A stretch of 64,000 bases of DNA from Candidatus Falkowbacteria bacterium. GTDB lineage: Bacteria; Patescibacteriota; Patescibacteriia; Patescibacteriales; UBA12465. The stretch covers positions 8,122 to 72,121 of the forward strand of contig JAPLVZ010000016.1 of the NCBI GenBank assembly GCA_026396805.1, in the 5' to 3' direction. A program made the position numbers and the translations under genes. Below the pieces are notes generated by a model. That model was not told the DNA's origin. It worked only from the letters and a program-made list of their open reading frames with translations, and did not search any database. This document shows, piece after piece, positions 9,101 through 15,082 of the stretch (the first letter of the stretch is position 1; every line of letters starts with the position of its first letter).

Positions 9101-11265
9101 GCGATTGTATGAGCAACTTCATCAATTGTAGTTGTGCCTACTTGAGAAGGGATAGTAAATGCGGTAATTGCTTTAGCTGGGTTAGCTGCTTGAAGAGCCT
9201 TTTGTGCATTAATTCTTTTTCCGAAAACTGTCTTTCTAGATAAAGACGCTAAACTATCGCCTGAAGTTAAAATTATATTTTTTACTTGTACTGATGTTAA
9301 GCTAGGATTATATCCTTCAATCAATGCCGCCAAACCTGCAACGTGTGGGGCGGCCATTGAAGTTCCGCGATAATAATTGTATTTTTCGTCTGAACCATCA
9401 GTATATTTAGTAATTTTTATATTATCAATTGTGCATCCAAGATTATTATCAATAGACTCATTGGTTATCCATTCAAAACTAAAATTAAAATCACTAGCGA
9501 GATGGTCGGAAATATCCTCTGTATAATTTTTATAATATCCTACATGGCCTGAATCAATCCAATAAGATCCTCCGTCTAACCAAATACTGTCCTCATTATA
9601 TTTTGCAGAATTGCTCCATGTCGAATTCGAATAGTGTTGAGTTAATATATAGTCATCAAAAACAAAAGTATCTGGAGTATCGCACCAAATAGTGAAGCTT
9701 AAAGCTGCTCCTTTAATATTACTATTTGAAAGATCTATAGAATTTTTTGCCATTATATATGTAAACGCATTATTATCGTAAGGAGTAAAGGGATCCGAGT
9801 AAGCAACCCTAGACGATCCATCATTTAAGACAGCCCAGTTATCCGTTGTGACACCACCAGACACAATATCATAACTACTTCCCTCAAAATTTTCTGAAAA
9901 ATAAATTGAATCAGCTATCGTACTATAAATATTTACGCCCGGAGCACCCACGTCTACAGAAGTTGCACCATAATTAGAAAATGAGGCTAAATTATCATTC
10001 TGGTCAGTAGCCGCAACGGAAATAATATTGTCTAAATCGTAGTCTGAAGGATATTGGTGAATACTTTCATTACTGTCACCGACTGCGTCGGGTCCACCAT
10101 TGCCAGCCGCAGCAACAAAGATTCCTCCAGCCGCTTTAAAACGATTAATTGCGTCATATTCTAGTTGAGAAAAATCAGGGCCACCAAAACTAGCATTAAT
10201 TACTTTTGCTCCATTTTGAATAGCGAAATCAATAGCTTTTATTTCTGAAGGGATGTCAAAACCGAATTTAATAGCCATTATTTTTGCATTTGGTGCTAAT
10301 CCAATGACGCCTTTATTATTATTTTTTACAGCCGCAATAGTTCCTGCGATATGGGTGCCGTGAGAAAAATATTCATTCTGAGTAGTCGGTAAAGGAATTT
10401 TGTCACCGCTACCTTCAAAATCATAACCATGATTGCATCCACCCAAATAAGCACCATTTTCATTCTTGCAATTTGTACCATCCCACATATTACTAACTAA
10501 ATCAGGATGATTATAAGCAACCCCGCTATCAATAATTGCCACTATAGTAGAAGTATTTATGCCTTCATTCATAAGCCATGCTTCAGGCGCATCAATATCA
10601 GCATTAATAGTTCCTGTAACCGTATTAACAGTCTGACCAGTATTATCTAGTCCCCATAGTTTTTCTCTGTCAGTGTCATTAGTATTAATAGTACTGGGAT
10701 AGCGTTTATAATTTGGCTCTACATATTCAACGTTTGGATCATTTTTCAATTCGGCTATTTTCTGCTCTACCGTTTTGGTGTCTTTAATTTTTAAAACCTG
10801 TACATTGTTTATCCTTAAATCTTCTTTTTTCTCCAACGATTTGGAATTAATAAAATTTAAAGCAGTGGTTCTCCCGGAAGAAGTGTTCAAATTTATCTTA
10901 TTATTTTTATATTTAACCAAAATTTCACCAGGGACATAATTCAATTTTTCCTGTTTACTATTTTTCTGTAATCCTTTTTTTAAATCCAATTTATTATCTT
11001 GCGTTTTAGGAGTGGGAGACTGCTCCTCTAATTTTTTTGTTTTTAATGCTTCCAATTCTTCATTGCTTAAATTTTTATTTTGTTCAAGTAGAACATTGTT
11101 ATCAGAAATAGCCCCTGTACTAGAAGGTGCTACCTGAGTTCTAACTTTTTTAAAAGCAATACTACTTTTTTCGTACGCTAAAACAGGTAAACTAAAATTA
11201 CCTAGAACAACAGAAACAATTAAACAAATTGAAAAAAATAAACTAAATTTTTTAAATTTTTTCAT
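6181..11265 (-). CDS. giant secreted subtilisin-like (S8) serine protease with Ig-like repeat array, Gly14 linker, TSP3-like Ca-binding motifs and two C-terminal ~57-aa repeat modules
   Basis: The D/H/S triad is in subtilase order: AIIDSGV, HGTHIAGT, GTSMAAPHVAG. The start is moved to ATG 11265 (MKKFKKFSLFF... signal peptide) because the track start at 11289 is TTG. There are five ~85-aa repeats of the form AKAITAF...TYTVTAADSSTQ.YVVTV. Confidence 0.9.
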   Translation of the reverse strand: MKKFKKFSLFFSICLIVSVVLGNFSLPVLAYEKSSIAFKKVRTQVAPSSTGAISDNNVLLEQNKNLSNEELEALKTKKLEEQSPTPKTQDNKLDLKKGLQKNSKQEKLNYVPGEILVKYKNNKINLNTSSGRTTALNFINSKSLEKKEDLRINNVQVLKIKDTKTVEQKIAELKNDPNVEYVEPNYKRYPSTINTNDTDREKLWGLDNTGQTVNTVTGTINADIDAPEAWLMNEGINTSTIVAIIDSGVAYNHPDLVSNMWDGTNCKNENGAYLGGCNHGYDFEGSGDKIPLPTTQNEYFSHGTHIAGTIAAVKNNNKGVIGLAPNAKIMAIKFGFDIPSEIKAIDFAIQNGAKVINASFGGPDFSQLEYDAINRFKAAGGIFVAAAGNGGPDAVGDSNESIHQYPSDYDLDNIISVAATDQNDNLASFSNYGATSVDVGAPGVNIYSTIADSIYFSENFEGSSYDIVSGGVTTDNWAVLNDGSSRVAYSDPFTPYDNNAFTYIMAKNSIDLSNSNIKGAALSFTIWCDTPDTFVFDDYILTQHYSNSTWSNSAKYNEDSIWLDGGSYWIDSGHVGYYKNYTEDISDHLASDFNFSFEWITNESIDNNLGCTIDNIKITKYTDGSDEKYNYYRGTSMAAPHVAGLAALIEGYNPSLTSVQVKNIILTSGDSLASLSRKTVFGKRINAQKALQAANPAKAITAFTIPSQVGTTTIDEVAHTIAVTVPYGTNVTALIPTIVITGASVSPLSEVANNFTATTTYTVTAADSSTQAYVVTVNVAANPDISAVAADKAALVDNLIKGENADLSNITVALTNPLPATGLASSSTITWESSNINIVSGDGQTINRPTFASGNATSTMTATITKGDVTDTKVFTLTVIKLPASAVATITSGTYTVSASGTSSETIIGVPSSTSKTAFLAALTKGQVDQTWNSDGISDPVVTGNTLVVTAQDGVTTVAYTITTALSPAKAITAFTIPSQVGTTTINEIAHTIAVTVPFDTNITAVIPTIVASAGASVSPLSGAIQDFTDPVTYTVTAADSSTQTYTVTVTVAPNTAKAVTSFDFVDQSATGVIDETAKTISVTVPYATNLTSLIPTIAISGPSVSPLSGVAQNFTNPITYTITAADGSTQAYTVTVVVAPNTAKAITAFSFPEGEGIIDETAKTISVTVPYAANLTSLIPTIAISGSSVSPLSGVAQNFTNPITYTITAADGSTQAYVVTVAVAAPSTTATITSAVYAVTSSGTSSEIITNIPFGTSKANFLAALTKSEAHQTWNIADVSDPVVTGDTLLVTAQDGITAVTYTVTVALNPAKTIISFNFTSPSVTGVINESAKTISVTVPSGTAVIALIPTIVITGASVSPLSGVAQNFTNPVTYSVTAADNSTQSYVVTVAIAAPVFSGGGGGGGGGGGGGGSGNITYCSTVTYSPWQTCMGSQQSRTVLTKTPDACTLTTPQQLEATRVCQLATSTDPILNQTVSTEPIVAEKKVLGVKITDVTAEERALTTKIDTKLIQRLAGRILLQIERFGQAWYLDLISLKRYYLADGDSAYSALRKFGLGIKNADLNKIPVGQESRFSMTDTDKDGLPDKLEEGLGTNSILADTDGDGVNDGDEVLKNNTNPLGTGKLVYSTSLINRLKGRIVIQIESRGEAWYINPVDGKRYYLANGEAAYQIMRYLSLGISDINIRKITVGSWE
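7024..7065 (-). repeat. 14 consecutive glycine codons (mixed GGT/GGC/GGA) encoding a Gly14 linker
   Basis: Plus strand reads tcc acc gcc acc acc acc gcc acc acc gcc acc acc gcc gcc. The protein reads FSGGGGGGGGGGGGGGSGN. Confidence 0.95.
7612..8048 (-). repeat. near-identical 255-bp-period tandem duplication inside the protease gene (two 182-nt tracts, 3 mismatches)
   Basis: In a hand alignment, 7612-7793 versus 7867-8048 differ only at three positions (A/G, C/T, G/A). Each unit encodes one ~85-aa Ig-like repeat. Confidence 0.9.
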
Positions 11266-11286
11266 AATATTTTCGATGAGGAAGAG

Positions 11287-11378
11287 CAAAAAAGGTCTCC
11301 CGACACGATTAACACACCCTTTCGGATATGTGCCACGAAAGCTAAAAACCGGTCAGAAGACCATTTTTACTTTCGTGG
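11287..11378 (-). promoter_or_regulatory. structured 5' leader of the protease gene: 46-nt near-perfect hairpin, GAAA-capped hairpin, short hairpin + U6
   Basis: Region 11333-11378 pairs CCACGAAAG/CTTTCGTGG, TAAAAA/TTTTTA and GGTC/GACC. Region 11312-11332 forms an 8-bp stem with a GAAA loop only on the minus-strand RNA, because it relies on G.U pairs. GUC-GGGA-GAC plus U6 lies at 11287-11307. Confidence 0.5.
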
Positions 11379-11481
11379 ACTTTTTACCATGCTCCGCTAA
11401 TATACAGCGAAGTTTAGGCTTATACTTTTTATTAAGTTATGTAATTATTACACAACTAAACTTTATTTTTACTTTAAATAT

Positions 11482-11510
11482 ACTTTATCAATAATTTAAG
11501 TATTTGTCAA
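11482..11510 (-). promoter_or_regulatory. sigma70-like promoter for the protease cassette (TTGACA-17-TAAAGT)
   Basis: On the minus strand, TTGACA lies at 11510..11505, followed by a 17-bp spacer and TAAAGT at 11487..11482. Confidence 0.5.
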
Positions 11511-11514
11511 CCTT

Positions 11515-11530
11515 AGCAATAAAAAGACCG
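11515..11530. repeat. right copy of the 16-bp direct repeat AGCAATAAAAAGACCG
   Basis: Identical to 5058-5073. Here it overlaps the hairpin AGACCG-CTTC-CGGTCT. Confidence 0.95.
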
Positions 11531-11540
11531 CTTCCGGTCT
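11517..11540 (-). terminator. orphan terminator-like hairpin (minus-strand orientation) with no upstream minus-strand gene
   Basis: AGACCG CTTC CGGTCT at 11525-11540. A T-tract follows only on the minus strand (TTTTTATTGC). Confidence 0.45.
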
Positions 11541-11576
11541 CTTGGCCGGCCGACTCCGAACCGTCTTGACCGCCCC

Positions 11577-11605
11577 TTGACATTGAGAGCGGGATTTTGT
11601 ATTAT
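11577..11605 (+). promoter_or_regulatory. sigma70-like promoter upstream of secE (TTGACA-17-TATTAT)
   Basis: TTGACA at 11577-11582, a 17-nt spacer, then TATTAT at 11600-11605. It lies about 60 nt upstream of the secE ATG. Confidence 0.6.
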
Positions 11606-11663
11606 TTTAGTAGATTAAAAGTAGCCTCTCCCGGGCCTTTTTTTAAATAGAGATATTAATTTT

Positions 11664-11849
11664 ATGAGCAAAATAACCACTTATTTTAAAGAGTCCGTCG
11701 CCGAGTTGAAAAAAGTGACTTGGCCGACAAAAAAAGAAACCTATAACTATACTCTACTGGTCATCGGCATCAGCTTGGGGGTGGCGATATTTTTAGGATT
11801 TTTGGATTATATTTTTACTCAAGGCTTCCAGGCGCTGTTAACCAGATAA
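11664..11849 (+). CDS. secE: preprotein translocase subunit SecE
   Basis: 61 aa. KESVAELKKVTWPTKKE followed by a single TM helix. Lies in the conserved position before nusG. Confidence 0.85.
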   Translation: MSKITTYFKESVAELKKVTWPTKKETYNYTLLVIGISLGVAIFLGFLDYIFTQGFQALLTR

Positions 11850-11901
11850 AATTAATTTTTTAGTAAATTATTGTTTTTAAATTTATTGACAAGCGAGCGA
11901 G

Positions 11902-11927
11902 GGAAATGAAAATTTATTTTCATTTCC
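11902..11927. other. perfect 26-nt palindrome (12-bp arms, TT centre) in the secE-nusG spacer
   Basis: GGAAATGAAAAT TT ATTTTCATTTCC read directly. It is flanked by GAGCGAGCG direct repeats. Confidence 0.9.
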
Positions 11928-11953
11928 GAGCGAGCGCGGTTAATATCAAAGAT

Positions 11954-12499
11954 ATGGCCAAGCAACTTTTAAATCAAGGCCGCCGCTGGTATGTCATCCA
12001 TACTTATTCCGGCTACGAAGAAAACGTCGCCCAGAATCTGAAACAGAGAGTCGAATCCTTGGATATGGAAGATAAGATTTTCAACATCCTCATCCCGACC
12101 GAAAAAAAAATCAAGATTAAAAACGGCAAACGCAAGGTGACGGAAGAAAAAATCTTCCCGGGCTATATTCTCGTGGAAATGGAAGTGACCGACGAGTCCT
12201 GGTATATTGTCAGAAACACTCCGAACGTCACCGGCTTTATCGGCACCGGCACCATCCCGACCCCCATCAGCGACGCCGAAGTCAAAGCGCTTCAGAAAAG
12301 AATGGGCGTGGAAGAACCGAAATTCCAGATTGACGTCGTTATCGGCACTCCGGTTAAAATCAACGAAGGTCCGTTTAAAAATATGGAGGGCAAAATTACC
12401 GCGATTGACGAAGCTAAAGGCAAAGTCAAAGTATCGGTCTCGATGTTCGGACGCGAAACGCCGGTGGAATTGGATTTCTTGCAGATTAAAAAATCCTAG
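11954..12499 (+). CDS. nusG: transcription termination/antitermination factor NusG
   Basis: RWYVIHTYSGYEENV... NGN domain plus a C-terminal KOW (GPFKNMEGKI). The start is moved to ATG 11954, because the track start at 11906 lies inside the palindrome and adds a non-homologous extension. Confidence 0.92.
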   Translation: MAKQLLNQGRRWYVIHTYSGYEENVAQNLKQRVESLDMEDKIFNILIPTEKKIKIKNGKRKVTEEKIFPGYILVEMEVTDESWYIVRNTPNVTGFIGTGTIPTPISDAEVKALQKRMGVEEPKFQIDVVIGTPVKINEGPFKNMEGKITAIDEAKGKVKVSVSMFGRETPVELDFLQIKKS

Positions 12500-12504
12500 A
12501 ATAA

Positions 12505-12561
12505 TTGAAAGATATAAGATTGATTGAAAGACATAAGATTGGTTGAAAGATTAAAACGGAA
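12505..12561. repeat. 19-bp tandem repeat x ~3 (TTGAAAGAYATAAGATTGR) in the nusG-rplK spacer
   Basis: Units start at 12505, 12524 and 12543. They are followed by ATTGAAA repeats and an ATTGAAAA/TTTTCAAT inverted repeat. Confidence 0.85.
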
Positions 12562-12646
12562 AAGTTAAAAATTTAAAAATTGAAAATTGAAAAATTGGCT
12601 TCTACATTCTTTTCAATCTTCAAACATTCAAACTTAAATTAATATT

Positions 12647-13069
12647 ATGGCCAAAAAAATAAAAACCAAAATAAAATTACAGATTCCCGGCGCTCAAGCT
12701 AATCCAGCGCCTCCGGTCGGTCCGGCTTTAGGCCAGCACGGCCTAAATATCGCCCAATTCTGCAAAGAATTCAATGAGAAGACGAAAAATCAGGTCGGCG
12801 ATATCATTCCGGTAGAAATTACCGTTTTTGAAGACCGCAGCTATACTTTCATCTTGAAGACTCCGCCGGCTTCGGAATTGATCAAGAAAGCGGCCGGCAT
12901 CAAGAAGGGCTCCGGCAAGCCGCTGACCGAGAAAGTCGGCAAGATTACGGAAGCGCAATTGGCTGAAATCGCCAAGATAAAAATGCCTGACTTAAACGCC
13001 AATGATCTGGAGGCGGCTAAAAAGATTATCGCCGGCACCGCTCGGCAGATGGGAGTGGAAATTAAATAA
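12647..13069 (+). CDS. rplK: 50S ribosomal protein L11
   Basis: [32 protein letters not shown] is near-consensus L11. Confidence 0.97.
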   Translation: MAKKIKTKIKLQIPGAQANPAPPVGPALGQHGLNIAQFCKEFNEKTKNQVGDIIPVEITVFEDRSYTFILKTPPASELIKKAAGIKKGSGKPLTEKVGKITEAQLAEIAKIKMPDLNANDLEAAKKIIAGTARQMGVEIK

Positions 13070-13081
13070 TTAATTATAATT

Positions 13082-13134
13082 GTGGGAGCTTATTATTCTA
13101 GTCATTAGACTAGCTATCGTGAGCGTCTGACCAC
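13082..13134 (+). promoter_or_regulatory. candidate structured rplA leader (GTGG...CCAC closing helix, GGGAG, internal CTAGTC-ATTA-GACTAG hairpin)
   Basis: All structures were read directly. A role as an L1 autoregulatory mimic is inference only. Confidence 0.3.
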
Positions 13135-13145
13135 GAAATAAAACT

Positions 13146-14015
13146 ATGGCTAAAGAAAAAAAAATCAAAGAAGAAAAAAAGATTAAAGAGGAAAAAAAAG
13201 AAACGGCGCCGACGGCGCCGACAGCCGTTAAAACTGAAAAGGAAGAAACAACCCCTCAAACCGCTAAGTCTAAAAAAGAAAAAACGGCGCCTTCGGCCGT
13301 TAAAACAAAAACTAAGAAAGAAATTGTAAAAAAAATTAAAACCGTTAAGAAGGCGGATTACTCCGCTATTTACGACCGTTTAAAAGCTTATGCTCCGGAA
13401 GAAGCTTTGGAAATCGTCAAAAAAATCAGTAAGACTAAATTCGACGCGGCCATGGAAGTCCATTTTCGTCTGGGTATCGATACTAAAAAAGGCGAACAAC
13501 AGGTTCGCGGCGCCGTCAGTCTGCCTCACGGAACCGGTAAAACTATTAAGGTGGCGGCTTTCGTCTCTCCGGGAAACGAGGCGGCCGTCAAAGCGGCCGG
13601 AGCTGATTTTGTCGGCGGTGAAGAACTGATTAACGAAATCAAAAAAACCGAAAAAACCGATTTTCAAGTGGCCATCGCCGAACCGATTTTAATGAAGAAT
13701 TTAGCCGTGATCGCGAAAATCTTGGGAACCAGAGGTCTGATGCCTTCCCCAAAAAATGACACGGTGACTACCAATCCGGTTAAAACCGTCGGAGAATTAA
13801 AGAAAGGCAAAATCAGTTTTAAAAACGATGATACTGCTAATGTCCATACCGTTATCGGCAAAGTCAGTTTTGACACCGGCAAATTATTAGAAAACTACCA
13901 GACATTACTAGACACTCTGAAGAAAGCCAAACCGGCTTCGTCTAAAGGCAGTTTTATCAAAAATATCAGCTTTTCCTCGTCAATGAGCCAGGGTGTTAAA
14001 GTCGCTATTTCTTAA
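13146..14015 (+). CDS. rplA: 50S ribosomal protein L1 with ~70-aa Lys/Glu/Thr/Pro-rich N-terminal extension
   Basis: The L1 core is EALEIVKKISKTKFDAAMEVHFRLGIDTKKGEQQVRGAVSLPHGTGK. No alternative start codon lies between 13146 and the conserved core. Confidence 0.93.
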   Translation: MAKEKKIKEEKKIKEEKKETAPTAPTAVKTEKEETTPQTAKSKKEKTAPSAVKTKTKKEIVKKIKTVKKADYSAIYDRLKAYAPEEALEIVKKISKTKFDAAMEVHFRLGIDTKKGEQQVRGAVSLPHGTGKTIKVAAFVSPGNEAAVKAAGADFVGGEELINEIKKTEKTDFQVAIAEPILMKNLAVIAKILGTRGLMPSPKNDTVTTNPVKTVGELKKGKISFKNDDTANVHTVIGKVSFDTGKLLENYQTLLDTLKKAKPASSKGSFIKNISFSSSMSQGVKVAIS

Positions 14016-14093
14016 TTCCGCCCCTGATTCCCCTCTATTGACTCCCTCATAAAAACAGGCTAGACTATTTACAGGTAAGCAATTTTTAAAGAA

Positions 14094-14120
14094 AAGCGGA
14101 CCAAAATCCGCTTTTTCTTC
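14094..14120 (+). terminator. rho-independent terminator after rplA
   Basis: AGCGGA CCAAAA TCCGCT followed by TTTTCTTC. Confidence 0.6.
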
Positions 14121-14168
14121 AATAAAAGGTCGTCTTACGTTAATAAATTAAGTAAATAAGCAAACAAG

Positions 14169-14426
14169 ATGAAAAAATTATTTGTCGGCGGCTTAAATTT
14201 TAAGACGACCGATCAGGACTTAGGGGATGCTTTCGCTAAAGCTGGCAAGGTTATCTCCGCGGTAGTTATCATGGACAGAATGACCCATCGTTCCAAAGGC
14301 TTCGGCTTCGTGGAAATGGAAAACGACGATGAAGCGGAAGCCGCCATCGCCATGTTCAACAACCAGGAATTAGACGGCCGCAAGGTTGTTGTCAATGAGG
14401 CTCGTCCTCTCGAAAAGAGATTCTAA
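14169..14426 (+). CDS. RRM-type RNA-binding protein
   Basis: RNP-2 is LFVGGL and RNP-1 is KGFGFVEM. 85 aa. Confidence 0.9.
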   Translation: MKKLFVGGLNFKTTDQDLGDAFAKAGKVISAVVIMDRMTHRSKGFGFVEMENDDEAEAAIAMFNNQELDGRKVVVNEARPLEKRF

Positions 14427-14454
14427 ATTACCTTTTAGATGAACTGATCAAATA

Positions 14455-14489
14455 CGAAAAACGCCTCCTTAACGGGAGGCGTTTTTTTA
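14455..14489. terminator. bidirectional rho-independent terminator between the RRM gene (+) and nifU (-)
   Basis: GAAAAA-ACGCCTCC-TTAACG-GGAGGCGT-TTTTTTT. Confidence 0.8.
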
Positions 14490-14501
14490 TGAAGAGAACT
14501 T

Positions 14502-14945
14502 TTACTTTTTGGATGCTGTTTTCTTAACAGCAACGGACTTTTTCTTAGCGATAGGTTTCTTCACTTCGCCATCGCCTTTCTTCTCATAATCGGCGATAGC
14601 TTTCTGGAGCCCCTGAACCGCCATGACCGAACAATGAATTTTCTGGCGCGGCAGGCCGCCCAATTCCTTAACGACTTTTTTCCAATCATATTTCTTGGCT
14701 TGATTAATAGTTAATCCTTTAACTTTTTCCGTCAAAATCGAAGCGGTTGCGATATTGGACGCGCAACCGAAAGACAGGAACTTAACGTCTTTTATTTTTC
14801 CTTTCTCAACTTTCAAAAAGAAATCCAGCTGGTCGCCGCAAATCATATTGCCGATCTGGGCGTAGCCGTCCGGCTTACTGATCTTGCCGATATTTTGCGG
14901 TTTCAAAAAATGATTGATTGTTTTTTTGGTATAATTAAGAGCCAT
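14502..14945 (-). CDS. nifU: NifU/IscU-type Fe-S cluster scaffold with Lys-rich C-terminal tail
   Basis: The three scaffold cysteines sit in CGD, GCAS and HCS contexts. The tail reads KKPIAKKKSVAVKKTASKK. Confidence 0.88.
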   Translation of the reverse strand: MALNYTKKTINHFLKPQNIGKISKPDGYAQIGNMICGDQLDFFLKVEKGKIKDVKFLSFGCASNIATASILTEKVKGLTINQAKKYDWKKVVKELGGLPRQKIHCSVMAVQGLQKAIADYEKKGDGEVKKPIAKKKSVAVKKTASKK

Positions 14946-14973
14946 ATCTTTATTTAAAATAATTAAATTAATC

Positions 14974-15021
14974 TTGACATAAATATTATTTTATATTAAT
15001 ATTGTGTGAATGTCAATTATA
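14974..15021. promoter_or_regulatory. overlapping divergent promoters (plus: TTGACA-17-TAATAT; minus: TTGACA-17-TAAAAT) plus AATGTCA[A/G]TTAT direct repeat
   Basis: Plus-strand -35 at 14974-79 and -10 at 14997-15002. Minus-strand -35 at 15016..15011 and -10 at 14993..14988. The repeat lies at about 15008-15019 and 15026-15037. The region is AT-rich, so false positives are possible. Confidence 0.45.
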
Positions 15022-15082
15022 GGACAATGTCAGTTATTTAACAACTTAATTATATTAGTAGCAACCACCAAAAAAATAAATC

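Larger units (their letters stand above)
5058..11530 (-). mobile_element. candidate inserted cassette (nuclease + DUF350 + giant S8 protease) bounded by 16-bp direct repeats; no recombinase inside
   Basis: The direct repeats bracket three genes. The cassette has its own promoter at one edge and its own terminator at the other. It is visibly AT-richer than the flanks: hand counts of sample 60-nt lines give about 30-40% GC inside versus about 47-52% outside. Confidence 0.45.

Noticed and set aside
7080-9190. Regularly spaced ~255-bp repeats considered as a CRISPR-like or satellite array
   Set aside because: They lie in frame inside a continuous 5-kb ORF and encode ~85-aa Ig-like protein repeats. 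There is no short repeat/spacer structure.
11276-11494. 72-aa plus-strand ORF upstream of the protease gene
   Set aside because: It overlaps the protease start and its structured leader and has no motif. The GAAA-capped hairpin forms only on the minus-strand RNA, which supports a non-coding minus-strand leader instead.
14038-14066. TTGACT-17-TAGACT promoter upstream of the rplA terminator, as an attenuator-controlled leader for the RRM gene
   Set aside because: The match is only moderate, and the hairpin at 14094-14120 is more simply the rplA operon terminator. There is no evidence for alternative structures.
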